The position numbers were made by a program, and so were the translations under genes. A DNA stretch of 64,000 nt from an uncultured Clostridium sp. (GTDB taxonomy: Bacteria; Bacillota_I; Bacilli_A; RF39; UBA660), in NCBI GenBank assembly GCA_964388545.1, contig CAYMAV010000002.1, forward strand, positions 14 through 64,013, given 5' to 3'. Every line of letters starts with the position of its first letter. Position 1 is the stretch's first letter. This document shows, piece after piece, positions 20,392 through 29,154 of this stretch. The notes below the pieces were generated by a model. That model did no database searches. It was not told the DNA's origin and worked only from the letters and a program-made list of their open reading frames with translations.

Positions 20392-23315
20392 TATTCAACT
20401 GATTTTAAAGATTCAATCATATCGATTTTCTTTAATGTCTTATTGATAAACAACTGAACCATATAAGAAAATGCCACTGTTATAACAACTGCTAGTACAA
20501 AACTTAGATTTTCAATTATAACCACAAATCTTAAATTATCCATTTGAGCAAAGCTTATTATAAAGCGATGTAGAAATCTACCGATAAATAATCCAACCAT
20601 TATACCGATTAAGGTTAATATAAATGTTTCTCTATATACTATATCCGATACCTCTTTATCACTAAACCCTAGAACTTTAAAAGTTGCTATTTCTCTTTTT
20701 CTTTCACTAATATTGATAATAGTTAAGTTATAAAGAACCGATAAAGCAAGGAATCCTGCTAGAACAATTATTAAGATTATTATCATGTTAAGACCGTTAA
20801 TTAATTCGTCAAAGGTATTTATAATATCCTTTGTATTATTTTGAATAAGAATATTGTAATCCGCTAACTTTATATCACTTGAGATACTTCCATTAGCAAT
20901 AATTGTATTATATTCTAGTTTTTTATTAAAAGTTTTTTCATAGTATTCTGGACTTATATAAATATAATTAGCAACATAATTATCTATGATATTACCTACT
21001 TTAATGAAATATAAATGATTATCTTTATCTCTTATCTCGATTAAATCACCAACATTAACCTTCATAAACTCTGCCATTTGCTTAGTTATAAGAGCAGAAT
21101 CTCCATTGATATATAGTTTTTTATCATTATCCATTAAGCTAACATAATTATTAAAAGATATTATATCCTTAGGTACCATTAAATACGAATTAGCACTCTT
21201 ATCATCATATTTCCATTTAAATGTTTCTTGATAGATTAATAAAGGATTAACTACTTGATTTTCCTTAAATAAATCTAATGTATTTTGATCAATTTCAGAT
21301 ACTGAATCTTTTAGAATATACATCGAATCATATTTTATAATTTTACCATATTGTAAAGTAGTAATCTTATTAATACTATCATTTAAGCCAAATCCAGTAA
21401 GAAGTAGTGCTGTACACCCACCTATTCCCAAAACTGTCATAAAAACTCTTTTTGGAAATCTAAATAAATTTCTAATAGTCATCTTCCAACTAAAGCTAAT
21501 TTTTTTCCATATAGAAAATCCCTCTAAGAAAATCTTTTTACCTTTCTTAGGTGGTTTTGGTCTTAATAAATTAGCCGGTTCTTCCTTAAGATCTTTATTT
21601 AAAGAAATAACAACTACTCCTAACATTAGTAGAAAAGTTATAAATATTACAAAACTAAATGGAAGTGGTGATATTACCGTTATTAACTCTGGCATATAAT
21701 ATCTAGCCAAAAAGATATTATAAATAATTCTTGGAATAAGACTATAACCAACTGTAAATCCAAAGAATAAGCCTATTATTCCTGCGATAGATATGTATAA
21801 TAAATAACTTAATATTATACTTGAAGGACTAAAGCCATTAGATCTTAAAATACCTAATTCTCCTCGTTCTTCTTCGATCATTCTCGATAAAGAGTTAATT
21901 GCCATAAGCATTGCGATTATTACAAAGAATATTGGCAAAAATCTAGAAATCGCATCTATTCTTAATACCTCATCTTTAAAATTATAATAACCAATATTTT
22001 CTGTACGATCTAGTAAATACCAAAGTGGTTTTTCTAATGAGTTAATCTCTTCTCTAGCATCATTAATCTTAGCTTCGGCTTTAGCCTTCTCATCTTGAAA
22101 CTTAGTATAATTTAAATTATATTCCCTATAACCATCGTTTAATTTCTTTTCTTCAACTGATATAGTTACTAATCCTTTATCAATTTCACTTAAACCATTT
22201 TTTATTTTTACAATACCAGCTTTTACTTCTTGTAATTTTGCAATATTGCCTTTTAAAGCATTTATTTGACCTAACAACTCTTGATATTCAACACTTGTCT
22301 CATCTAAAAGCTTTAATTGTTCTTCTAAAGCCTTTACTTGAATATTTAAATTATTTATAAAAGAATCTAATCCATTAATAGAGGTTCCAAAACTCTTTAA
22401 CTCATTATTAATAGAGGTTAGTTGATTATTAAGATTATTTTTAGTATTTATTAAATTATTCTTTTCATTATTAAGTTTATTTTTTCCATCATCTAATTTC
22501 TTTTTAGCATCGCTTAATTTTTTAGAATTTACCTTTACTTCATCATCTAACTCTTTTTGATATTTAGCAATTTCCTTATTAGCCTCTTTTAATATTTCTT
22601 CGTATCTAATCGTTTCCCTAATTGGTTTTATTTCTTTTAATTCAGCTTCTAACGGCTCTATTTCTTTTGTATAATCTTCATAATACGATCTTTTCTCTTT
22701 AGTGTTTTTACCAATTATATAGATTTCGGTATAGTAATCAGCCTCATTAAAAGCATCACCATTAAGATAAAGATATCCTGATAATTTTCCATTTCCTACA
22801 TTAGCAAGACCTTTATCTTCCGTAATATAAATTGGAGATTTTACCCTTCCAACAACTGAACATGCCTTAACGTTTAATAAATCATCATCCGTAGTAAAAT
22901 GGATCAACTCACCAACCTTATATTTTTTATGATCAGCTAAACACTCATCTTTATTTTTAATTTCTCTTCCTTCTACTAAACTTAAGTTGTTTACATCACT
23001 TTCTAACCTATGAACTCTTATCGCATCACCCTCATCTAAAACATCCACTGAATAAGATGGTATTACTTTTTCAACATTTTTAAGCATTTTTAATGCCTCA
23101 ACATCTCCCTTAGTAAGACCTTTAGTACTTATTATTTTAAAATCCATTAAATTATGCTCGTCGTAATACTGATCTACGGTATGAAGTATCCCAGGAGTAG
23201 ATTCTCTTAGTCCAATGAAAAAACTTACACCTAGTGCAATTATTACAATTATCGATAGGAAACGTCCAAAGGATTTCCTAATTTTTTTAAGAGTATTTTT
23301 AAATAATAATTTCAT
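20391..23315 (-). CDS. large ABC transporter permease with two FtsX modules and a coiled-coil ectodomain
   Basis: About 974 aa. It has two 4-TM FtsX-like blocks (around aa 460-560 and 850-970). A long heptad-like insert of about 200 aa reads 'KELDDEVKVNSKKLSDAKKKLDDGKNKLNNEKNNL...'. The ATG overlaps the ATPase TAA by 1 nt (TAATG). Confidence 0.8.
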   Translation of the reverse strand: MKLLFKNTLKKIRKSFGRFLSIIVIIALGVSFFIGLRESTPGILHTVDQYYDEHNLMDFKIISTKGLTKGDVEALKMLKNVEKVIPSYSVDVLDEGDAIRVHRLESDVNNLSLVEGREIKNKDECLADHKKYKVGELIHFTTDDDLLNVKACSVVGRVKSPIYITEDKGLANVGNGKLSGYLYLNGDAFNEADYYTEIYIIGKNTKEKRSYYEDYTKEIEPLEAELKEIKPIRETIRYEEILKEANKEIAKYQKELDDEVKVNSKKLSDAKKKLDDGKNKLNNEKNNLINTKNNLNNQLTSINNELKSFGTSINGLDSFINNLNIQVKALEEQLKLLDETSVEYQELLGQINALKGNIAKLQEVKAGIVKIKNGLSEIDKGLVTISVEEKKLNDGYREYNLNYTKFQDEKAKAEAKINDAREEINSLEKPLWYLLDRTENIGYYNFKDEVLRIDAISRFLPIFFVIIAMLMAINSLSRMIEEERGELGILRSNGFSPSSIILSYLLYISIAGIIGLFFGFTVGYSLIPRIIYNIFLARYYMPELITVISPLPFSFVIFITFLLMLGVVVISLNKDLKEEPANLLRPKPPKKGKKIFLEGFSIWKKISFSWKMTIRNLFRFPKRVFMTVLGIGGCTALLLTGFGLNDSINKITTLQYGKIIKYDSMYILKDSVSEIDQNTLDLFKENQVVNPLLIYQETFKWKYDDKSANSYLMVPKDIISFNNYVSLMDNDKKLYINGDSALITKQMAEFMKVNVGDLIEIRDKDNHLYFIKVGNIIDNYVANYIYISPEYYEKTFNKKLEYNTIIANGSISSDIKLADYNILIQNNTKDIINTFDELINGLNMIIILIIVLAGFLALSVLYNLTIINISERKREIATFKVLGFSDKEVSDIVYRETFILTLIGIMVGLFIGRFLHRFIISFAQMDNLRFVVIIENLSFVLAVVITVAFSYMVQLFINKTLKKIDMIESLKSVE

Positions 23316-24013
23316 TACCAATCAATCTCCGAAACTTTTTTAGGATGCTTATTTTCCTCTATTTTATCAATTTCACCATTTTTCATATGAATTACTCGAT
23401 CAGCCATTTCTGCTATTATCGAGTTATGAGTAATTATTACTACCGTCATTTCAAATTTTCGACAAGTATCCTGCAATACATCTAAAATCATTCTTCCGGT
23501 ATTAGAATCAAGTGCTCCAGTAGGTTCATCGCATAATAGTAATTTAGGATTCTTAGCTAATGCTCTTGCTATTGCTACTCTTTGCTGTTCTCCTCCTGAT
23601 AACTGAGCTGGGAAATTATGCATTCTTTTTTCTAGTCCAACACTTACTAAAACCTGATCTGATGGGAGGGCATCTTTACAAATTTGGGCTGCTAATTCTA
23701 CATTTTCAAGAGCAGTTAAATTCTGTACTAAATTATAAAATTGAAAGACAAAACCGATATCATCTCTTCGATAATTCATTAGTTCTTTATCAGTTGCTTT
23801 TCCTATATCTTTACCATCGATAATAACATTTCCCGAGTCCGCCTTATCCATACCACCAAGGATATTTAAAACCGTTGTTTTACCAGCTCCACTTGGTCCT
23901 AATACTACTGCTAATTCTCCTTCTTTTATTCCAAAAGATACATTCTTTACGGCATCTATTTTAAACTCTCCTATTTGATAGCTCTTATTAACATTTTTTA
24001 ATTCTATATACAT
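23315..24013 (-). CDS. ABC transporter ATP-binding protein
   Basis: Walker A 'GPSGAGKTT', signature 'LSGGEQQR', Walker B 'LLLCDEPT', 'ITHN'. Confidence 0.9.
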   Translation of the reverse strand: MYIELKNVNKSYQIGEFKIDAVKNVSFGIKEGELAVVLGPSGAGKTTVLNILGGMDKADSGNVIIDGKDIGKATDKELMNYRRDDIGFVFQFYNLVQNLTALENVELAAQICKDALPSDQVLVSVGLEKRMHNFPAQLSGGEQQRVAIARALAKNPKLLLCDEPTGALDSNTGRMILDVLQDTCRKFEMTVVIITHNSIIAEMADRVIHMKNGEIDKIEENKHPKKVSEIDW

Positions 24014-24090
24014 AACATCACCTATTCTAACTTTATTATATCACAATTATATTTTAAAAAATAAAAAAGAAGATGTTTTCTTCTTCTTAA

Positions 24091-24696
24091 TTATTTACAT
24101 TCATTTGCACCAATAAATTTAAGATGTTTTATATTTTTATTACCAATGTTTGATATATAATTTATAAGTTCTTCACTACCCCATCCCGTAGGACAAGCTC
24201 CTCCTTCTGTACCTACACAGAAATCTCTTTCAGCTCCATATATAAATTCTAGTTCTATTGGAGGAACAACCTTATCTTTTAAATATTTTAAAGCATCTGT
24301 ATTTAAATTATCATAACCAATAAGATCAAATCCCTTTCCTTTATCATCTTTACCTGTGAAATAATAAGTATATTTTTCCCCATTATAAACTACTCCGACA
24401 TAAGCATAGGTCCATTTAACACCTGGAGTAGCCTCACTATTACAAGAATTAGCTAAATCATTGCCAACTGGTACTAAATATAAAGTATCCGTTTTAAATG
24501 CTGAAATTTTTTGAGTATTAACTAAAATCATAACCTCCGTAACATATGAACTTATAACTGTAGAATAAATTTGATTATTAGCATTATCCTTTATACTATA
24601 CTTTTTTTCTTCTTTTGAATCTTCCTTCTTATCACAAGCAGTTAGGGTAAACACTGCAACTAGACATAGCATTAATACTAATATTTTCTTTTTCAT
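24091..24696 (-). CDS. lipoprotein, function unknown
   Basis: The ORF was trimmed to Met23, giving 'MKKKILVLMLCLVAVFTLTAC' with lipobox L-T-A-C. A terminator-like hairpin lies downstream. Confidence 0.65.
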   Translation of the reverse strand: MKKKILVLMLCLVAVFTLTACDKKEDSKEEKKYSIKDNANNQIYSTVISSYVTEVMILVNTQKISAFKTDTLYLVPVGNDLANSCNSEATPGVKWTYAYVGVVYNGEKYTYYFTGKDDKGKGFDLIGYDNLNTDALKYLKDKVVPPIELEFIYGAERDFCVGTEGGACPTGWGSEELINYISNIGNKNIKHLKFIGANECK

Positions 24697-24758
24697 AATC
24701 TCATCCTTTCTAATATAAATTATACTATAATTATAAAAGTTGTAAATATTCGTTATAT

Positions 24759-25271
24759 TCATAATTCGATATAGTCTATAATCTCTTTTTTAAAATTATA
24801 TAATGTAAATTTATGATTTTCATATATTCCGTAACTATATATTTTATCTTCTTTTGGCAAAGAAACAGACCCTACACAAATATTGATATTATTATTTTCC
24901 CTTTTAATAAATGGTATATGATAGTGTCCATAAATAATTATTGAATTTGTATATTGATTACCTTCTTCATGCCCATGAAGAAATATAAATTTATGATTAT
25001 CGATTTCTTTTTCAATCGGACCTTCTAAATAGTTAAATTCTTTATCAAAATCTCTATTACCTTTAATAATTATTAAGCGGTTAGTTAATTTACTTAAAAA
25101 TTCTTTTATCTTATCTGGATTATAGTTAGGATCCGTTATTAGACCATAACCAGGTTCTAAAACATCTCCTAAAACTACAATTAAATCAAAATTTTCTTCC
25201 TTATCTAAATTCTTAAAATAATCAATATTTGTATCAAAACCATGAATATCTGAAAAAATTAAAACCTTCAT
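24759..25271 (-). CDS. metallophosphoesterase (YfcE-like)
   Basis: Motifs 'FSDIHG', 'VLGDV', 'GNRD', 'LHGH' and 'GHYH'. 170 aa. Confidence 0.85.
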   Translation of the reverse strand: MKVLIFSDIHGFDTNIDYFKNLDKEENFDLIVVLGDVLEPGYGLITDPNYNPDKIKEFLSKLTNRLIIIKGNRDFDKEFNYLEGPIEKEIDNHKFIFLHGHEEGNQYTNSIIIYGHYHIPFIKRENNNINICVGSVSLPKEDKIYSYGIYENHKFTLYNFKKEIIDYIEL

Positions 25272-25282
25272 ATTATCTCCTA

Positions 25283-25624
25283 TTAGTTAACGTCTAAATT
25301 TTCTAAATTAGACTCTATATTGGAATCTATTTGTTTTTCTAAATTAAGATAATTTGTATGAGTGATAGTTAAAAATTTAATATAAAGAGATAAAGATTCA
25401 ATAATACTATTATTACATTAATAGACCTCAATATATTTTTCTTTGGTTACTTCTTGAGCTTTTCCTACCCAATTATCGTATAAAGTAGTTTTTTCGGATA
25501 CTTTTTTTTCTATATCAAACAAATACATTATTCTAGTTAAAGACTCCTGAAGTTTTTCAATACTAGATGAAAAATTACTAAAATTATTTATTACTATTTT
25601 ACTCTGATTCGCGTTTTGGTTCAT
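25283..25624 (-). pseudogene. WXG100-like small helical protein interrupted by an in-frame TAA (25418-25420)
   Basis: The start 'MNQNANQ' at 25624 has 'AGGAG' upstream. A central 'NWVGKAQE' W-x-G motif is followed by TAA, and the same frame runs on for 44 codons ('CNNSIIESLSLYIKFLTITHTNYLNLEKQI...') to a TAA at 25283-25285, just before the next gene's RBS. The restored length of about 112 aa places WxG mid-protein. Confidence 0.5.
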
Positions 25625-25922
25625 AAATATCATTCTCCTTTTTCATCTCCTGGTAAAATTCATCATCCTTTTCATTATATTTTTCATTAGCTAATCCAAT
25701 AAAATCTCCAAGTTCTTTTTTAACTCCATATAAAACTAAAAGCTGTTCTAAATATAGATCTATTTTCTTATAAAAAATTTCAGCGTCAATTCCACTCCAA
25801 TTAGTCTTTAGATTTTCAATTTCTTCCTGCCAAATCTTTATTTCATCATAGAAGCTATTGGTGTTATTTCCTAGTTTTTTAGAAATATCCTTTAACTCAT
25901 CACTATTACTTTTAATAATCAT
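25599..25922 (-). CDS. WXG100-like (ESAT-6-like) small helical protein
   Basis: 107 aa and predicted all-helical by eye. The W-x-G motif 'NWSGIDAEIF' sits at residues 41-43. The N-terminal 'IIKSNSDELKDISKKL' resembles small T7SS substrate families. Confidence 0.5.
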   Translation of the reverse strand: MIIKSNSDELKDISKKLGNNTNSFYDEIKIWQEEIENLKTNWSGIDAEIFYKKIDLYLEQLLVLYGVKKELGDFIGLANEKYNEKDDEFYQEMKKENDIYEPKRESE

Positions 25923-26277
25923 CGTCCATCACCCCATAAAAGTCATCATAATACTCATCTAATGATACTCTTTTATTTCCTCTTTCTAAATCAAAAACAA
26001 ATTTTTTAATTAATTTATCACTATATTTATTTATGTTTTGTAAACCATATCTAACCTTGGCTTTTTCAAAATTTTTTAAAGCCATTTTATAATAATTAAA
26101 ATTATCAACAATTAATTTTGTATTAGAAAAATTTGTTTTAAATTGTCCTATAGAAGTTTTTAGGGTATCAATATAGCAACTGATAGCCTTTTCATCAATT
26201 AAAGCAAAATAATACTCTTCATATTCTTCCCTGAAGTAATCTATATTACCATATTCATATATATCTTGATCATACAT
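25912..26277 (-). CDS. hypothetical small acidic/aromatic-rich protein (121 aa)
   Basis: ORF overlapping the next gene by 11 nt. No WxG motif and only a weak RBS. It is the first gene behind a candidate promoter. Confidence 0.35.
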   Translation of the reverse strand: MYDQDIYEYGNIDYFREEYEEYYFALIDEKAISCYIDTLKTSIGQFKTNFSNTKLIVDNFNYYKMALKNFEKAKVRYGLQNINKYSDKLIKKFVFDLERGNKRVSLDEYYDDFYGVMDDDY

Positions 26278-26302
26278 AATATCAGTAAATTTTCCATACT
26301 TT

Positions 26303-26331
26303 TATATAATAAAACACTATCTTATTATCAA
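26303..26331 (-). promoter_or_regulatory. candidate promoter for the small-protein trio
   Basis: TTGATA (26331-26326), a 17-nt spacer, then TATATA (26308-26303). It lies immediately after an alr terminator hairpin (CAAGG/CCTTG at 26340-26355). Confidence 0.45.
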
Positions 26332-26369
26332 AATAAAACCAAGGAACTTGCCTTGATTTTTACTTTACT

Positions 26370-27491
26370 TTACTTTATATATACCCTTTCTAATCTTTTA
26401 CCTAATCTTGCCACTAATTCACTGGTAACAGTATCTAACTTACTAGCAAGCTCTTCTGCTTTAATATTTTCATCTTCTCCTATTAAAGTTACTATATCGC
26501 CTACTTTAACAGATATATTTGTAATATCAATCATAAAGTAATCCATACAAATAATTCCAACAACATCAGCATAACTATTATTTACTAAAACCTTTGCATT
26601 CTTTAGAGATAGACTTCTTGGATAACCATCAGCATGTCCAATTGAGACTACGGCAATTTTTTTATCTTCTAAGGCCTCGTATTTTCTTCCATAACCAACA
26701 AATGATCCTTTTTTAATATCTTTGATAGAAATAATCCTAGCTTTTAAAAATAGTACTCTTTTTAAATTAATCTTACACTTAGTATTAATATATTTTTCAG
26801 TATAAAGACCATATAAAATTATACCAGGTCTTACAAAACTATGATTTAATTCTGGATAATTTAGGATTCCATTACTACCTTGAATATGGGTATTTCCAAC
26901 ATTAATATTTTTATTTTTTAATGAAGATATAAGATTATCAAATAGATCTATCTGTTTTTTAGTAAATTCCTTTGATGATGAGGATTCGTTATAAGAATCC
27001 GATAAATGGGAAAAAATCCCAAGAACTTCAATATTATTACTTTTATATATTTGTTCAATTAAATTTAAATTCTTATTATCAATACCCATTCTATTCATGC
27101 CAGTATTTATCTTAATATGACCCTTTAGTTTTTCTTTAAAATTCATCTTAATTATTATATTTGCATAATCCTCATCAATAATTGTTTGAATAAAATCATA
27201 TTTAATAACCTCTTTTAAACATTCTATCGGAGTATATCCTAATATTAAAATGTTTCCCTTTATTTTAGCCCTTCTAAGTTCAATTGCCTCTTCTAGTGTT
27301 GCAACTGCAAAATCGGTTATTCCGATACTTTCTAATTCTCTGCTAACACCAACTGCTCCATGCCCATAAGCATTAGCTTTAACAACTGCCATAATCTTTG
27401 TATTTGTTGGTATTATCTTTTTAATCTCATTTATATTATTTTCAAGATTACTTAAATTAATTTCTATCCACGCTCTTCGATATTTTTTCAT
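26370..27491 (-). CDS. alr: alanine racemase
   Basis: PLP-lysine motif 'AVVKANAYGHG'. 373 aa. 3-nt gap from asnS. Confidence 0.9.
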   Translation of the reverse strand: MKKYRRAWIEINLSNLENNINEIKKIIPTNTKIMAVVKANAYGHGAVGVSRELESIGITDFAVATLEEAIELRRAKIKGNILILGYTPIECLKEVIKYDFIQTIIDEDYANIIIKMNFKEKLKGHIKINTGMNRMGIDNKNLNLIEQIYKSNNIEVLGIFSHLSDSYNESSSSKEFTKKQIDLFDNLISSLKNKNINVGNTHIQGSNGILNYPELNHSFVRPGIILYGLYTEKYINTKCKINLKRVLFLKARIISIKDIKKGSFVGYGRKYEALEDKKIAVVSIGHADGYPRSLSLKNAKVLVNNSYADVVGIICMDYFMIDITNISVKVGDIVTLIGEDENIKAEELASKLDTVTSELVARLGKRLERVYIK

Positions 27492-27494
27492 ATA

Positions 27495-28871
27495 TTAATA
27501 ATCACAGTTCCCTGGTGTTCTTGGATATGGAATCGCATCTCTAATATTTTCAATTCCAGTTATATACATAATAAGTCTTTCAAATCCCATTCCAAATCCT
27601 GAATGAGGACATCCACCATATCTTCTTAGATTTAGATACCACTCTATTTCACTAGGATCCATTTCTAATTCTTTCATTCTTTGAACTAGAGTTTCATAGT
27701 CATCTTCCCTTTGAGAACCACCTATTAACTCTCCCGCACCTGGAACCTGAAGATCAACTGCTGCAACGGTTTTTCCATCTTCGTTTAACTTCATATAATA
27801 AGCCTTTATATCCTTAGGCCAATTCTTAACAAAAACCGGTCCATTAAAATGTTCAGCTAACCATCTTTCATGTTCCTTAGCAATATCTCCTTCATAAGTT
27901 GGAGTAAACTCCCATTGTTCTTTAGAATTTAATAATAAATCAATCGCTTCTTTATGATCAATTCTAGCAAAATTACTATTTATTACCTTAGTTAATTTTT
28001 CTTTTAATCCTTTTTCAACAAAGGAATCTAAAAATTCTATTTCTTCAGGGCATTTATCTAAAACATATTTAATAATATATTTTAAAAAGTCTTCTTCCAT
28101 ATCCATTAAACCTTCTAAATCACAGAATGCTACTTCTGGTTCGATCATCCAAAACTCATTAGCATGAGTCTTTGTATTTGAATTTTCTGTTCTAAAAGTT
28201 GGTCCAAAGGTATAGATTTTTTTATAAGCCATCGCAAAAGTCTCACCATGAAGTTGACCTGATCCGGTAATCATTGTTTTCTTGCCGAATAATTCTTTTG
28301 AATAATCAACCTTACCATCTTTTTTAGGTATATTATTAAAGTCAAAAGTTGAAACCTTAAACATCTGATCAGACCCTTCACAATCAGCCGTTGTTAGAAG
28401 CGGAGTATGAACATAAACATAGTTATTACTTTGAAAATACTCATGTATTGCCATCGCTGCTACACTTCTTACTTTAAATACTGCTTGAAATAGATTTGCT
28501 CTTGGACGAAGATAGGCAATGCTTCTTAGAAATTCCATCGAATGTCTTTTAGGTTGTAGTGGATAATCTTCGCTACAGTCTCCAATTAATTCTACTTCTT
28601 TAATATCTACTTCAAATTCTTGACCACTACCAATTGATTCAATTACCTTACCAACTATTTTAATAGCCGAACCAATATGTAATTTAACTATTTTATCAAA
28701 TTCAAATATTTCGGCATTATAAACCAATTGGACTCTCTTAAAACTAGTACCATCTGTAAAATCAATAAAGCCAAAATCCTTTTGTTTACGATGATTTCTA
28801 ATCCATCCTTCAAGTACAACTTCTTTTCCAATATACTTCTTATAATCTTTAATTAATTCTTTTGTATCCAT
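27495..28871 (-). CDS. asnS: asparagine--tRNA ligase
   Basis: 'FRTENSNTKTHANEFWMIEPEVAF' and C-terminal 'GFGMGFERLIMYITGIENIRDAIPYPRTPGNCDY'. The start was moved to 'MDTKEL' (ATG at 28871, RBS 'GGGAGG') because the track's 30-codon extension runs into the T-box terminator. Confidence 0.92.
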   Translation of the reverse strand: MDTKELIKDYKKYIGKEVVLEGWIRNHRKQKDFGFIDFTDGTSFKRVQLVYNAEIFEFDKIVKLHIGSAIKIVGKVIESIGSGQEFEVDIKEVELIGDCSEDYPLQPKRHSMEFLRSIAYLRPRANLFQAVFKVRSVAAMAIHEYFQSNNYVYVHTPLLTTADCEGSDQMFKVSTFDFNNIPKKDGKVDYSKELFGKKTMITGSGQLHGETFAMAYKKIYTFGPTFRTENSNTKTHANEFWMIEPEVAFCDLEGLMDMEEDFLKYIIKYVLDKCPEEIEFLDSFVEKGLKEKLTKVINSNFARIDHKEAIDLLLNSKEQWEFTPTYEGDIAKEHERWLAEHFNGPVFVKNWPKDIKAYYMKLNEDGKTVAAVDLQVPGAGELIGGSQREDDYETLVQRMKELEMDPSEIEWYLNLRRYGGCPHSGFGMGFERLIMYITGIENIRDAIPYPRTPGNCDY

Positions 28872-28883
28872 AAATACCTCCCA

Positions 28884-29107
28884 ATAAAAAACTAGTCTCA
28901 TCCCATAGGGACGAAAACTAGTATTCCGCGGTACCACCCAATTTATTACCAAAGTAATCACTTATATCATAACGGAGACATCCGGCTTATTCTACTTATT
29001 TTCTTTAAGCTCTCACAAATGTTATTCATAACTTTTCTCTATTGATTTACACCTACCATCAACTCTCTATAAAAGATTAAAATTACTACTTCTTTTGCTC
29101 ATCGATT
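28884..29107 (-). promoter_or_regulatory. T-box leader (Asn specifier) controlling asnS-alr
   Basis: On the minus strand, the core 'GGGTGGTACCGCG' (28927-28939) is followed by the terminator 'ACTAGTTTTCGTCCCTATGGGATGAGACTAGTTTTTT'. The stem I element is 'AGAGAGTTGATGG', and the specifier 'GAATAACAT' contains AAC followed by A. Confidence 0.88.
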
Positions 29108-29113
29108 TATTAG

Positions 29114-29142
29114 ATTATATAAATTTTAATTATTTTTGTCAA
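29114..29142 (-). promoter_or_regulatory. sigma-A-type promoter for the asnS leader
   Basis: TTGACA (29142-29137), a 17-nt spacer, then TATAAT (29119-29114). Confidence 0.7.
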
Positions 29143-29154
29143 ACAAAAGAGAAG

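Noticed and set aside
9882-25420. The idea that the in-frame TAA/TAG codons (9882, 13124, 19476, 25418) reflect stop-codon reassignment or programmed read-through.
   Set aside because: TAA, TAG and TGA each terminate conserved genes at their expected C-termini. Examples are TAA for pheT and hydB, TAG for hydA and hydC, and TGA for the metallophosphoesterase. The residues expected at the interrupted positions differ from site to site. Ordinary nonsense mutations are the simpler explanation.
28872-28961. The 30-codon N-terminal extension of the asnS ORF ('MITLVINWVVPRNTSFRPYGMRLVFYWEVF').
   Set aside because: The extension is the translated T-box terminator and antiterminator. The ATG at 28871 has a proper 'GGGAGG' RBS and matches the normal AsnRS N-terminus.
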